Positions 18,671-28,174 of a stretch of 64,000 nucleotides of DNA are shown here, piece by piece. Source of the stretch: a virus (lineage: Duplodnaviria > Heunggongvirae > Uroviricota > Caudoviricetes); IMG/VR virus record IMGVR_UViG_3300047202_000291. The stretch is one strand, 5' to 3'. The number at the start of each line of letters is the position of its first letter. Position 1 is the first letter of the stretch. The notes under the pieces are model-generated. The model was not told where the DNA came from. It saw nothing but the letters and a program-made list of their open reading frames with translations, and did not search any database. The position numbers and the translations under genes were made by a program.

Positions 18671-19111
18671 ATGCCAGATGTTGAAATGCAACCAGCAGAG
18701 CAACAGACAAAGTTGAAGGAGATGGGAGTTCATCAGATAAAGCTTGAGAAATATCTTTCTGAGGACGGGGAAGAGCTCATATGCAAAATGAGCCTGAATG
18801 ATAGCTTGAAGAACTTGCTTTCTGCTTTTATTGTTAAGGGTCAATATTCGACTGAAGATTATGATGGGCAGAAAATCAAGAGGTTTAAGATAAAATCTGT
18901 CTTGAGGAACTCTCAGAATTGGAACGGCTCGTTTGTTTATTTCTTCACAAAAGAGTGTGTCGAAGACGGCGCATATGAGATGAAATTTACAAATGTAAGT
19001 GCATTCCAGAACTTTGTTTCGGGTCTTAAGTATTTTAAGGATTTGATTAGGATAATGGAAGAGCTCAAGCGAAAGGAAACTATGGTTGTTTCATATAAGC
19101 TTGAAAGGTGA
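18671..19111 (+). CDS. Hypothetical protein
   Basis: Internal ATG with GGAGGCGATAAGATG context; the track start at 18596 is non-ATG. Confidence 0.6.
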   Translation: MPDVEMQPAEQQTKLKEMGVHQIKLEKYLSEDGEELICKMSLNDSLKNLLSAFIVKGQYSTEDYDGQKIKRFKIKSVLRNSQNWNGSFVYFFTKECVEDGAYEMKFTNVSAFQNFVSGLKYFKDLIRIMEELKRKETMVVSYKLER

Positions 19112-20166
19112 TTAGATTGAAGCCATCAATTGTATGTGGGATTGAAATTGAGATGGAGTATGATGCTCACCTGATGAAAATCAAGAAATCCAATTATCAT
19201 GAGGAATATGATGATAAGGAGGATTATTTTTGGGTCGGTGATAGCGAGAAGTTTATTGCCGAACGGGATGGTTCGCTTGGAGTCTACAAGTTTGCTGAGG
19301 GGGATTGTGTTGAGTTGATTAGTATTCCGTTTCTTATTGAAGACGGAATGCATATCGTTAAGGATTTTGCCAAGCAATTTGGAGCAATGATTGGAAATAA
19401 ACTTGACGAGGTAATCTGCTTTAATGATAGCACAGGAGCTCACATTCATCTAAGTTTGCTTAATCCGGAGAAAGAAGGATATACGAATATTGATTTAAGA
19501 GACCACATTAGGCATAAGTTCAAGGGAAAGCCGATGTTCTTTAGGGATATTATTGGTATATCTATTCTTAACAAGATTAAGGAGAGGCTTATTGAACGTG
19601 CGAAAGCGATTCTTTCAGATGATGCATTTGCTAAATGGTCTTCTGCTTTGGTTAGAGGTTTTGCTGCAAAGATTGAGGAAGAAAATCAGATGTACGAGGA
19701 TAGGCGAAGCGAATGGAATTTGACTTTGCATAATAGGATCGAATATCGGGGATTCAATCTGCGTGGGATTACTACTTGGGGGGAATTCTTTAAAATATAT
19801 GAACTCTTATTTTTAATAATTAAGGAAGTCATATATGAAGAGTTCGAAAGCAAAAAACCTTTCTTTAATCAATCGGTATATGAGCTTTTACCAGATGATT
19901 GCGCTGGTTTGTTTCCAAATGCATTACTTAATTATACAATTGTAGGTGGAAAAATACTTTCAGAGAATGCTGCCGTCTTTGATGTAGGGTTGGAACAATC
20001 ACATAAGAGAAGAAGATATGAAATTGAACTTCCTAATGCTCTTGAACCAGAGGTGAATTTTGTGATTGATATGAATTCATCGCCAGAATGGAATGCAGAT
20101 TGGATTGATGACAGGCCATATTGGGATGAAGATAAGGAACCAGATGAGGACGAAGGAGGTAATTAA
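19108..20166 (+). CDS. Amidoligase-like enzyme (Amidoligase_2/GCS2-like)
   Basis: GIEIEMEY, RDGSLG, ELISIP, STGAHIHLSL. Same motif order as the paralog at 21407. Confidence 0.45.
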   Translation: MIRLKPSIVCGIEIEMEYDAHLMKIKKSNYHEEYDDKEDYFWVGDSEKFIAERDGSLGVYKFAEGDCVELISIPFLIEDGMHIVKDFAKQFGAMIGNKLDEVICFNDSTGAHIHLSLLNPEKEGYTNIDLRDHIRHKFKGKPMFFRDIIGISILNKIKERLIERAKAILSDDAFAKWSSALVRGFAAKIEEENQMYEDRRSEWNLTLHNRIEYRGFNLRGITTWGEFFKIYELLFLIIKEVIYEEFESKKPFFNQSVYELLPDDCAGLFPNALLNYTIVGGKILSENAAVFDVGLEQSHKRRRYEIELPNALEPEVNFVIDMNSSPEWNADWIDDRPYWDEDKEPDEDEGGN

Positions 20167-21042
20167 ATGTGTCATATAAATGTAATTTTTAAGAAAGATA
20201 AGGTGCCAGATAAGAAATTAAGTAGGTATATGAATGTAGTGAGTTATTATAGTTATTTGGCTAATGATGACGGCGAAGGGTATGTTGGTATCGACGCTGA
20301 GAAAGGAAAAGAGATTTCTTTTGGGAAGGGATTTAACAAGTTTTACTTTGTGAATCCATATTGGTTTCTTGCAACGCACCAAAGGATTGCTACTTCTGGA
20401 AAAGGGGTCGGTAACACCCATCCGCACGAAACAAAGGACTTTATTTTGATGCACAATGGGATCATAAGTTCTCTTGGTTCAGATGAGAAATCAGATTCAA
20501 AAGTCTTTGCCGATATGTTGCAGGAGGCTTTTGATAAGCAGGAAGAGGATAAGAAGGACTTGACTTTGGCAATAAGGGAAGTCACCAAGCAGGTAAATGG
20601 AACCTATTCTATTCTTATAGTTGAGAAGGCGACTATGCGTGTTCTTTACTTTAAGGAGCGCATTACAGATATGTATAAGATTGAGAACAAGGATTGGTTA
20701 GTCATGAGTACAGATGAGAAGAATGTCAAGTTTGCAAAATTCTGGTTAGGTATAAAAGGGAAAGTAAAATCAGTTGGGGAGCTTTATATTTATGATGTCT
20801 TGGATAATTTCAAAAAGATAAGGAAATTCGAGGAGCAGCCATATGTTTACGCAGAGTCGAAATCTTCCTCAATTTCAGGATATGGGCGAACTTATTATTA
20901 TGATGAGGATTATCATTATACTGGCAAAATCGTTAAGTCAGCATATGATGAGGAATGGATTAAGGACGATAGGGTAAGTGGCATAGAGAAATCTATTGAG
21001 GATGAGCGAAGGGAAAGATTTGAAAAGTATGACTTCTTTTAA
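20167..21042 (+). CDS. Class-II (Ntn) glutamine amidotransferase domain protein
   Basis: N-terminal MC (Cys nucleophile). RIATSGKGVGNTHPH...LMHNGIIS matches GlmS/PurF R.ATHG....N.HPH...HNGII. Confidence 0.7.
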   Translation: MCHINVIFKKDKVPDKKLSRYMNVVSYYSYLANDDGEGYVGIDAEKGKEISFGKGFNKFYFVNPYWFLATHQRIATSGKGVGNTHPHETKDFILMHNGIISSLGSDEKSDSKVFADMLQEAFDKQEEDKKDLTLAIREVTKQVNGTYSILIVEKATMRVLYFKERITDMYKIENKDWLVMSTDEKNVKFAKFWLGIKGKVKSVGELYIYDVLDNFKKIRKFEEQPYVYAESKSSSISGYGRTYYYDEDYHYTGKIVKSAYDEEWIKDDRVSGIEKSIEDERRERFEKYDFF

Positions 21043-21062
21043 GTAAGAGGTCGGGGTAGAAA

Positions 21063-21395
21063 ATGGAGCCGATAATCTTTGATGAGGGTGATGGTTATCG
21101 TACCAAGGCATACAGGCTTGAAGGTTCTTATGCAAAATTCTTTGGTAACGCTTTTGAATTTGTAGTTATCGAATGGTCACATCCAAATTATGGCTATTGG
21201 GCTGATGCTATGTTCTGGTGGCGTTCAATGCACACTGGTAAATGGCAGCCAGTGCCGATTGTTTCTTGGTGTGCTGGATACGATACACCAGAAGAATTTC
21301 TGGAGGATTTTCCTGTCTTTAAGAAACTCTTTAAGGGCATTGAGGAACGAGATTCGAGTGCAATAAAAAGGGCACTCGATAAGATAATTAAGTAA
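21063..21395 (+). CDS. Hypothetical protein within the amidoligase cluster
   Basis: ATG ORF on the + strand. Confidence 0.55.
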   Translation: MEPIIFDEGDGYRTKAYRLEGSYAKFFGNAFEFVVIEWSHPNYGYWADAMFWWRSMHTGKWQPVPIVSWCAGYDTPEEFLEDFPVFKKLFKGIEERDSSAIKRALDKIIK

Positions 21396-21406
21396 GAGGT
21401 TTTGTA

Positions 21407-22129
21407 ATGGATGTATCTGAAATGGCAATCGGGTATGAGCTTGAGGCTGGGTTAAAGGAGAATAGCAGCGTTAGGAATGTTGCGAGGCAACTTGGATTTC
21501 GTATCGGGGACGATGGTAGCGTATGTTGTGATGATATGGATACTTGGGAAGCTGAGCTTAATTCTCCCATTTATCAGGGGCAGAAAGGCAAAAAGCTGTT
21601 ATTTTTTGAGCTAAAGAAGCCAGATGTGGATAATAAGATTTTTTCAGACTTTGAGCAGTTGTCGCATTATGTGAAGGAGATAAATGATTCTATGGGTCTT
21701 CATATTCATGTTTCTTTCAAGAATAAAAAATATTATCAGTATTTATTCTCTTTCGCTTTCGTGAAATTCTTTCAGAAGGAATATATGAGGCATTTTAAGA
21801 AGCCTGTTGAACGAAATCGAGCAAATAATGAATATTGTGAGTTCTATGATGATGGGGATATTTATGAGTTCAAGGATATAAAGGATGAGGCTCTTGGTTC
21901 TCACGATAAATGTGATGCAAGAAATCACTCGGTTAATTTTAATTCTTATCCCGTTCATAAGACAATTGAGTTCAGGATTTTTCCAGCGACTAAGCGGTCG
22001 AAAGACTTTAAGAGATATGTTAATTTTGTGACTGGTTGTGTCACCAGTTTTATTTCTGAGGTCGAGAAGGAAAAAGTCTTTGAGCAGTTGATGGAACAAA
22101 GGATGAAGAAGATTAAAGTGAATATATAA
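21407..22129 (+). CDS. Amidoligase-like enzyme, paralog of the 19108 gene
   Basis: GYELEAG, GDDGSV, AELNSP, MGLHIHVS. Confidence 0.45.
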   Translation: MDVSEMAIGYELEAGLKENSSVRNVARQLGFRIGDDGSVCCDDMDTWEAELNSPIYQGQKGKKLLFFELKKPDVDNKIFSDFEQLSHYVKEINDSMGLHIHVSFKNKKYYQYLFSFAFVKFFQKEYMRHFKKPVERNRANNEYCEFYDDGDIYEFKDIKDEALGSHDKCDARNHSVNFNSYPVHKTIEFRIFPATKRSKDFKRYVNFVTGCVTSFISEVEKEKVFEQLMEQRMKKIKVNI

Positions 22130-22152
22130 GCACTGGACAAAAATAAAAAACT

Positions 22153-22161
22153 TTATAAATC
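22153..22161 (+). promoter_or_regulatory. TATA-box-like TTTATAAAT ~33 nt upstream of the ATG at 22194
   Basis: Spacing matches an archaeal-type promoter. Confidence 0.3.
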
Positions 22162-22193
22162 ACGCTCTTTTCTTTTAGATAGGGGGTTTGCTA

Positions 22194-22472
22194 ATGAAAC
22201 GTATAAAGATTGTTGCTCTGGCAAATGATTTTACAGATAAGAGTTCTGTTAAGCCTTTGTTTTTGGAACTTGAACACTATGAGGAGAAGCCAATCCCAAA
22301 AGAGCAGGATATATTTTCAGCACATTCTTTTGATACTTTACAGCAGTCAGCTAAGGACCTTGTGAATAGTATCTGGACTGCTTTTAATTCATTTCTTAAA
22401 ATGTCTATGTGGGCAATCATTGTTATTGCGGAAGCCTTAAAATGGCTATGGAATAAAGCGTTTAAAAAATAA
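22194..22472 (+). CDS. Hypothetical protein
   Basis: ATG at 22194. Confidence 0.5.
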   Translation: MKRIKIVALANDFTDKSSVKPLFLELEHYEEKPIPKEQDIFSAHSFDTLQQSAKDLVNSIWTAFNSFLKMSMWAIIVIAEALKWLWNKAFKK

Positions 22473-22485
22473 TAGGGGGTGTATT

Positions 22486-22740
22486 ATGGAAACTTGGGAA
22501 TGGATTATGGCTTGTTTGGTTGGATTTTGTTTTCTGTTGATTTTTGGTGTTATTATTGACCAATGTTGTTGTAGTCCAGTTGCAGCAGATAGAGCAAACG
22601 AACATTGCAAAGCTTCAGGTTTTGATCAGTATAAATCTTTTAGTAGGATTGGCTTTTTTTCAGAAACTCCAGTCGCTATTCAATGCGAATATGCTGAGAA
22701 ATATACTGATTTAGGTGTCAGGGCTTCGACAGGAGGCTGA
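22486..22740 (+). CDS. Small membrane protein with a CCC motif
   Basis: TM helix; SD GGGGGTG upstream. Confidence 0.5.
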   Translation: METWEWIMACLVGFCFLLIFGVIIDQCCCSPVAADRANEHCKASGFDQYKSFSRIGFFSETPVAIQCEYAEKYTDLGVRASTGG

Positions 22741-22744
22741 AAAG

Positions 22745-22918
22745 ATGGTATTTAAATGGAAGATGAACGATGCTATTGAAATTGAACTTTTGGAACCGAC
22801 TTTGGAGGCTCTTGAAAAATTGCTTTCTGATAGTGGATTTTCAATTTTCACTGACGAAGAGAGTAAGGAAATTATTAGGGCTAAGTTCAAAAAGGATGTG
22901 CTAAAAAATGGTAAGTGA
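22745..22918 (+). CDS. Hypothetical protein
   Basis: ATG at 22745. Confidence 0.45.
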   Translation: MVFKWKMNDAIEIELLEPTLEALEKLLSDSGFSIFTDEESKEIIRAKFKKDVLKNGK

Positions 22919-23228
22919 TGAGGAAAGGAAAGTCATAGATGCAGAAGCCAATAAATTCAAAGATGAAATTCCAAAAGAAATTGAGTTTGTTGTCTCAGGA
23001 ATGGTTACTGTTATCGGACCCGTATGTGGCTTGATTGCTAAGGCTAGGCAATTAGATCCGAAAATGGGTCGAGAATTGGCTCGCATGATTATGTGTGTCA
23101 TTGATTTGTTTGCTTGTTCTAATCTTGATGATGGCATTACTCTTCTAAAAGAAACCGAGGAGTTCATTCAGAAGACAGACAAGCACATTATGGAGCAACT
23201 GAGAAAGCAGTATGGGGTGGACAAATGA
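22908..23228 (+). CDS. Hypothetical protein
   Basis: ATG ORF on the + strand. Confidence 0.55.
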   Translation: MVSDEERKVIDAEANKFKDEIPKEIEFVVSGMVTVIGPVCGLIAKARQLDPKMGRELARMIMCVIDLFACSNLDDGITLLKETEEFIQKTDKHIMEQLRKQYGVDK

Positions 23229-23512
23229 AAGCAAAAGAAAATCGTGTAAAGATTTCAGATTTTTTTAATCTTGGGACGGTCGCATTGGTATTTGCTTCCG
23301 CCTATTTTGCCAGTAAAGGGAATAACCTTTGGGCATTTATATTTCTTGGAGTTCTTGTCTTTTTTGAGCTGTTGACATTCTTGATTTTGCTTCTTATTGG
23401 TATAGGTGCAAAGATGATTCTGAAAGAAGCTACAAAGGCACTTGTTAAGCTAAGTAAGCTTAGGAAAGGCATTGATGATTCTGAAGAGAAAGACGAGGGA
23501 ACATATTATTGA
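23225..23512 (+). CDS. Membrane protein
   Basis: Two TM helices. Confidence 0.55.
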   Translation: MKAKENRVKISDFFNLGTVALVFASAYFASKGNNLWAFIFLGVLVFFELLTFLILLLIGIGAKMILKEATKALVKLSKLRKGIDDSEEKDEGTYY

Positions 23513-23529
23513 ATTTAGGAGGTGTCTAT

Positions 23530-23640
23530 ATGGCAGAAAAAGCAAAGAAGAGAAATATCATTAAGGAATCAGCTGAAGATGTTATTGGTGCAGTGAAAGA
23601 TGCAGCCAGTATCTTTACGGAAGAAGAAAGCGAGGATTAA
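23530..23640 (+). CDS. Small acidic protein (36 aa)
   Basis: Strong SD TAGGAGGTG upstream. Confidence 0.45.
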   Translation: MAEKAKKRNIIKESAEDVIGAVKDAASIFTEEESED

Positions 23641-23644
23641 GATT

Positions 23645-23785
23645 ATGGATAAAATCCATGTGGAGAAGCTGACAGAGGACGCCTGGGACTGGTGGCTTTC
23701 AAGCGACATATATTTTATGGAGCAGATAATTGTCCGTGAGTATATGCACTTTAAGAGCCTCAAGCAAGAGGATGTGAGCTGGTGA
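23645..23785 (+). CDS. Small Trp-rich protein
   Basis: Internal ATG of the track ORF 23600. Confidence 0.4.
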   Translation: MDKIHVEKLTEDAWDWWLSSDIYFMEQIIVREYMHFKSLKQEDVSW

Positions 23786-23789
23786 TGAA

Positions 23790-24269
23790 ATGGTAATCTG
23801 GTTCATTGCGGACACTCATTTCTCTCACGAGAATATAATCCGTTATTGTAATCGTCCTTTTAAGGATGTCGATGAGATGAATGAGAAAATCATAAAAAAT
23901 TGGAACTCTATTGTTCAGCCAGAGGATACTGTATTTCATATCGGTGATTTTAGTATGCGAAACCTATTTAAGAAATTTAGGGATCGGCTGAGCGGCAATA
24001 TTATTTTAATTTCAGGGAATCACGATGGCGAGAGTCCGATACAAAGCATATTTATAGAGAATTATGGTAAAGTTTGGCACTTGGTTCATAATCCTGAGGA
24101 AGCTGAGCTTGATTTCAATATATGTGGGCACGTTCATGGATTATGGAAACTCAATAAAATAGATGATAAAATTATTTATAATTGTGGTGTGGATGTTAAT
24201 TCATTCACGCCAGTGTCTATGAAGCAGATTGTTAAGGCAATAAGAAAGGAATATGGAGTTATACTTTAA
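23790..24269 (+). CDS. Calcineurin-like metallophosphoesterase
   Basis: IADTHFSH, GDF, GNHD, GHVHG motifs. Confidence 0.8.
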   Translation: MVIWFIADTHFSHENIIRYCNRPFKDVDEMNEKIIKNWNSIVQPEDTVFHIGDFSMRNLFKKFRDRLSGNIILISGNHDGESPIQSIFIENYGKVWHLVHNPEEAELDFNICGHVHGLWKLNKIDDKIIYNCGVDVNSFTPVSMKQIVKAIRKEYGVIL

Positions 24270-24539
24270 ATGGCTAACTATGCTCGAGGCGCAAAGGTAG
24301 AGTATCATGTGCGTGATCTCTATAAATCAAAGGGCTATTTTGTTATGAGGAGTGCAGGATCACGAGGTGCCTTTGACCTCCTCGCCTACAATAGGCTTAA
24401 TATTATTTTTATTCAATGTAAGAATCATAAGCCCACGAAGGAAGAGCTGAATGATTTCCATAGTGCGATGATTCCAATTGGTTGTAAAAAGGAGCTTTGG
24501 TTTAAGCCATGTCGAGGAAAAGTTGAGGTGCATAAATGA
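24270..24539 (+). CDS. hjc: Holliday junction resolvase, archaeal Hjc-like
   Basis: GYFVMRSAGSRGAFDLLAY...IQCK parallels Hjc GFAVVRSAGSKKVDLVA...IEVK (E-D-K nuclease core). Confidence 0.7.
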   Translation: MANYARGAKVEYHVRDLYKSKGYFVMRSAGSRGAFDLLAYNRLNIIFIQCKNHKPTKEELNDFHSAMIPIGCKKELWFKPCRGKVEVHK

Positions 24540-24632
24540 AGAAGTTATTTTATTTTAAGAATCCGGAACTGATATTGGCGTGCTATAAGGAAGCACCATC
24601 TTCCTAATAGATGGCTGTTTTAGAGGGATAAA

Positions 24633-24899
24633 ATGAAAAAGATGAAAATAACTTTGAGTGTTCCTAAGGGCGAAGAGCTATTTTATTCCGAGGAAGTTGA
24701 GGATAGGCTTTCAATTATTCTCGGTATGCTTGGCTTTCATGGAAAAATCGAAAACGAGGTCACTGGAAACTCTACTGGTATTATGGATAAGTTCGATCCT
24801 AAACAGGAATGTTCGGAGTTCAGTTGGGTCGACGGTAATGTGAAAATCAAGCGACAGATTTTTTCAGGTTCGATAAGTCGACCAGTAAAATTACATTGA
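24633..24899 (+). CDS. Hypothetical protein
   Basis: ATG ORF on the + strand. Confidence 0.5.
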   Translation: MKKMKITLSVPKGEELFYSEEVEDRLSIILGMLGFHGKIENEVTGNSTGIMDKFDPKQECSEFSWVDGNVKIKRQIFSGSISRPVKLH

Positions 24900-25004
24900 G
24901 GTGTGGCATGATTTATGGGATGGAATACATTAATATAATTATTTTGGGAATATGTTTTATATTTATTATTTGTTTGATGCTTGATAAAAAGAAGGGTGGT
25001 GCAA

Positions 25005-25169
25005 ATGAGTAAGAAGACTTGCACAAGTTGGATAGTCAGGGCTGAGCTGTCAGATGGGAAAACCTACAATGTGGATGTTCCAGATGACATTGCTCAGCAC
25101 GTGGATGACTTTTTTGCTCTTGTCGAAAAGGAGCAGAATTGGGACGAATGGATTGTGGATGAGGTGTAA
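25005..25169 (+). CDS. Hypothetical protein
   Basis: ATG with GGGTGGTG SD upstream. Confidence 0.45.
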   Translation: MSKKTCTSWIVRAELSDGKTYNVDVPDDIAQHVDDFFALVEKEQNWDEWIVDEV

Positions 25170-25171
25170 AA

Positions 25172-25393
25172 ATGAAAATAAACAAATCGTTTTTTATATT
25201 GTTTTTGTTTGCTTGGTCGATAGGTGTTATAGCGATTAACTATTATAGTTGGATTTGGTTAGCGGATTTGTCTTTCATAGCCCTTTTATTTATTTATGTG
25301 GTTCGAGCAGAGTGTTCTGTTAATAGAGCACTTGATAAGCAAATAAAAAATACGGGAATTAAAAATGAAAAAGAAAAAAGGATTTACAGATAA
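25172..25393 (+). CDS. Membrane protein
   Basis: Two TM segments. Confidence 0.5.
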   Translation: MKINKSFFILFLFAWSIGVIAINYYSWIWLADLSFIALLFIYVVRAECSVNRALDKQIKNTGIKNEKEKRIYR

Positions 25394-25637
25394 GCAGATT
25401 AATCAGATGCGTGAAGAGCTTAGGCAATGGCTCATAAAATGGACTGGTTGCACTGTTCAGGGCGGTTATGATGAGAAAGGTAAGTATCGGGACTATGGCT
25501 GGCCTTGTGGAACTTGCACTTGTTATTTGATCGGTTGCCTCGGGGTGCATGAGAACAAACAACATAATAAGCCAATCGACAAGGTTAATGAGATGTGGCG
25601 TGCGATATTGCAAATTAGGGGAGAAGAAGATGCCTAA
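25365..25637 (+). CDS. Cys-rich hypothetical protein
   Basis: ATG ORF on the + strand. Confidence 0.5.
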   Translation: MKKKKGFTDKQINQMREELRQWLIKWTGCTVQGGYDEKGKYRDYGWPCGTCTCYLIGCLGVHENKQHNKPIDKVNEMWRAILQIRGEEDA

Positions 25638-25827
25638 GAAAAAGAAAATGGTGCTTGTGCCTGAAGAAGAAATCTCGGAGAATGTAGGGACTATGCTTGA
25701 GGCTTTGAATGACTATATTCTTTGGTGGGATCAGAAGAGCGCAAGCGATAAGGAGATAAGAAAAGCGATCGAGAAGGCCATTGTCTTCGCGCAGAGGCTT
25801 GAAGCAAATATATGGGGTGACGCATGA
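25630..25827 (+). CDS. Hypothetical protein
   Basis: ATG with GGGGAG SD upstream. Confidence 0.5.
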   Translation: MPKKKKMVLVPEEEISENVGTMLEALNDYILWWDQKSASDKEIRKAIEKAIVFAQRLEANIWGDA

Positions 25828-26069
25828 ATAATTTAGTTGGACGAAAGATAGTTAATATGAGGCAGTTGACCAAATGGGAGATGGATGATGAGGGTTGGGA
25901 TGAGCAATATGCTGCTGAAGTTGTAGCTCTTGTTTTAGATGATGGGTCTCTTGTTTATGCAAGCCAAGACGAGGAAGGTAATGGGCCTGGCGAGCTGTTT
26001 ACGAGGGAAAAGGACGGTAAGACAGGTATGTTGTTTATTCAGCATAAGAAAGATGGCAAAAGCAACTAA
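25824..26069 (+). CDS. Hypothetical protein
   Basis: ATGA overlap with the upstream gene. Confidence 0.5.
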   Translation: MNNLVGRKIVNMRQLTKWEMDDEGWDEQYAAEVVALVLDDGSLVYASQDEEGNGPGELFTREKDGKTGMLFIQHKKDGKSN

Positions 26070-26181
26070 GATAAAGGGAACTAATCGCTATGTTGATGAA
26101 CATGGCAATATATTTATCTATGTGGATGAATGTGGCTCTAAGAAGAAGAGAAGGCATATTTTAAATGGGAACGAGGTATGA
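26053..26181 (+). CDS. Small hypothetical protein (42 aa)
   Basis: ATG ORF on the + strand. Confidence 0.4.
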   Translation: MAKATKIKGTNRYVDEHGNIFIYVDECGSKKKRRHILNGNEV

Positions 26182-26182
26182 T

Positions 26183-26782
26183 ATGAAACCGAAACTCAGT
26201 ATAAAGTATTATCAGAACGCAGACAAGAATCATCAGGATTCTTTTTGGTATGATGGAGATATTGCATTGCTTAAATATAAGAATCGAGAAGTGCTTGTAG
26301 TCGCTGCAGGCGACATAAGGATTCACAATAAAAGAGGTGAGTTGGTCTATGATTGTAAGCCCCGCAATTCAGGATTTTCATTCAAGCTTGAGCAAGATAA
26401 AGATTTGTATAAGATAGGTAATAATTATGATGATGATTTCTATTGGGAAAATAACAACTGGTTCGAGCTCTTTTATAAGAACAAAGGAGATTCTAATTGG
26501 AATGATATTTTAGGTGATGTTTATTTTGACTATGGTGTTGTAATAAAAGCGGCGAAAGATGCAATTAAGGATGATAAATGGTGGAATGAAACCTGGAATA
26601 AAGCTACCTGTCTTGAGTGTAAGAAGGAGTTTATTCAGGAAAGGGACATTCAGCTTTGTGATGTTTGCATAAAGAAGTTCAATCTTGACAAGCTCTGGAA
26701 AGACCACGACAATAATAAAATTGATGCTCTTGATTTTAATGAGTCTAAAAAGATACGAGAAAAATATAGGGTGAAGAAATAA
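26183..26782 (+). CDS. Hypothetical protein with a C-terminal CxxC...CxxC motif
   Basis: ATG after GAGGT. Confidence 0.55.
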   Translation: MKPKLSIKYYQNADKNHQDSFWYDGDIALLKYKNREVLVVAAGDIRIHNKRGELVYDCKPRNSGFSFKLEQDKDLYKIGNNYDDDFYWENNNWFELFYKNKGDSNWNDILGDVYFDYGVVIKAAKDAIKDDKWWNETWNKATCLECKKEFIQERDIQLCDVCIKKFNLDKLWKDHDNNKIDALDFNESKKIREKYRVKK

Positions 26783-27933
26783 TGGAAGTAACACACGAAC
26801 AGTTGGCTATGCTTATTGAAGAGCACCGAAGGGCAGGGCTTCCTTTGTTTGTTGATGGTGCAACAGGCATCGGTAAATCTGAAGCTGGTATTAAGAGCAG
26901 TAAGATGTATGCTGATAGAATAAGTAGGCAATGGGTTGCTTGGGTTGATCTATCTAATTTAGATAGGCATAAGTTTCTTGATGACAAGGAGATTGTGAAG
27001 GTTCATTTATTCGTTGACATAAGGACGGCTCTTTTGGAACCGACTGACCTTCTTGGTTTGCCGTTTAAGGATGAGCGTGGTTATGTTGCTTGGTTGCCGA
27101 CTCTTCTTTTCAAGATTCTGAGTTTGCCTTCAGTTTCAGCTACTATATTCTTTGACGAATTCAATTTAGGCAGTTTGATGGTCATGAAATCCAGTTATCA
27201 GCTTATTCTTGATAAGGCCATAGGGGAAGTCAAGCTTGGTAAGGATGTTACAATTCTTGCAGCAGGAAACAGGATTGAGGATCGTGCTCACGTTACAGAG
27301 TCTCCAGCTCCATTAAACAATAGGTTTAGCCATTGCACTTTGCTTTGTCCAACTCCAGATGAGTGGATTATGTATAATCTTAAATCAGAATATCCTGAGC
27401 CAAGGCTCGTTTCTTTCATTAAGTTCAAGCCTAAATATATCTTTGACTTTAAGCCTAACCAAAAGGAGAAAGCATTTCCTACTCCGAGGGCGATTCAGCA
27501 GTTGGCTATGTTGCTTAAGGGAAAAGATGAGATGAATGAGCTCGATAATATGACCATGCTCGCCCAGGCGAAATGTGGTGATGCTTTCGGTGCAGAGTTT
27601 CAATCCTTCTTGCGTCTTACGAGGAAGGTTAATGTTGATGAGATTCTAGAGCATCCTGAAAAGGTGCATGAATTTGAAAAACAGCTTGACTTGAAATATT
27701 CATTAATCTCTGGGGTTGCCGTAAGGGTGAAGCAGGACTTCAATAAGATGGAACAGGCCCTCAAAGTTATAGCCGAGCTTGAAGATGAGTATGGTGTCTT
27801 TTTATTGAGAATGATTATTGATATTTGCGGTATGAAGGTGTTGTCCGTCCTTGAGCATAGTAAGACTTGGGAAACCAGGCTCTATGATAAGTTTAAGGAC
27901 ATATTAAGCACGAGATTTGCGCAGGTGAGTTAA
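26782..27933 (+). CDS. MoxR-family AAA+ ATPase
   Basis: Walker A DGATGIGKSE, Walker B IFFDEFN, sensor AAGNR, PLNNRF arginine-finger motif. Confidence 0.8.
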   Translation: MEVTHEQLAMLIEEHRRAGLPLFVDGATGIGKSEAGIKSSKMYADRISRQWVAWVDLSNLDRHKFLDDKEIVKVHLFVDIRTALLEPTDLLGLPFKDERGYVAWLPTLLFKILSLPSVSATIFFDEFNLGSLMVMKSSYQLILDKAIGEVKLGKDVTILAAGNRIEDRAHVTESPAPLNNRFSHCTLLCPTPDEWIMYNLKSEYPEPRLVSFIKFKPKYIFDFKPNQKEKAFPTPRAIQQLAMLLKGKDEMNELDNMTMLAQAKCGDAFGAEFQSFLRLTRKVNVDEILEHPEKVHEFEKQLDLKYSLISGVAVRVKQDFNKMEQALKVIAELEDEYGVFLLRMIIDICGMKVLSVLEHSKTWETRLYDKFKDILSTRFAQVS

Positions 27934-28174
27934 ATGGATAAAAATAAGCAGTATGCTTTGAAGATAAAACGGCGTTATGAAAACATATGTGAAAAGCTCG
28001 AGCAGTTGAATGCAGAAGCATTTGAGCTTGAGCAGGAGATGATGATGTGGTGAGATTAAAATGAAATTTTATAACTTTAAAGTTGAGGGAATAAGCGAAG
28101 AAATGGTGAAATTATTGATGAAACCATGTGATGAAGAAGGATTAGAATTTATAGTGGAGGAGGTGAAATAGAAA

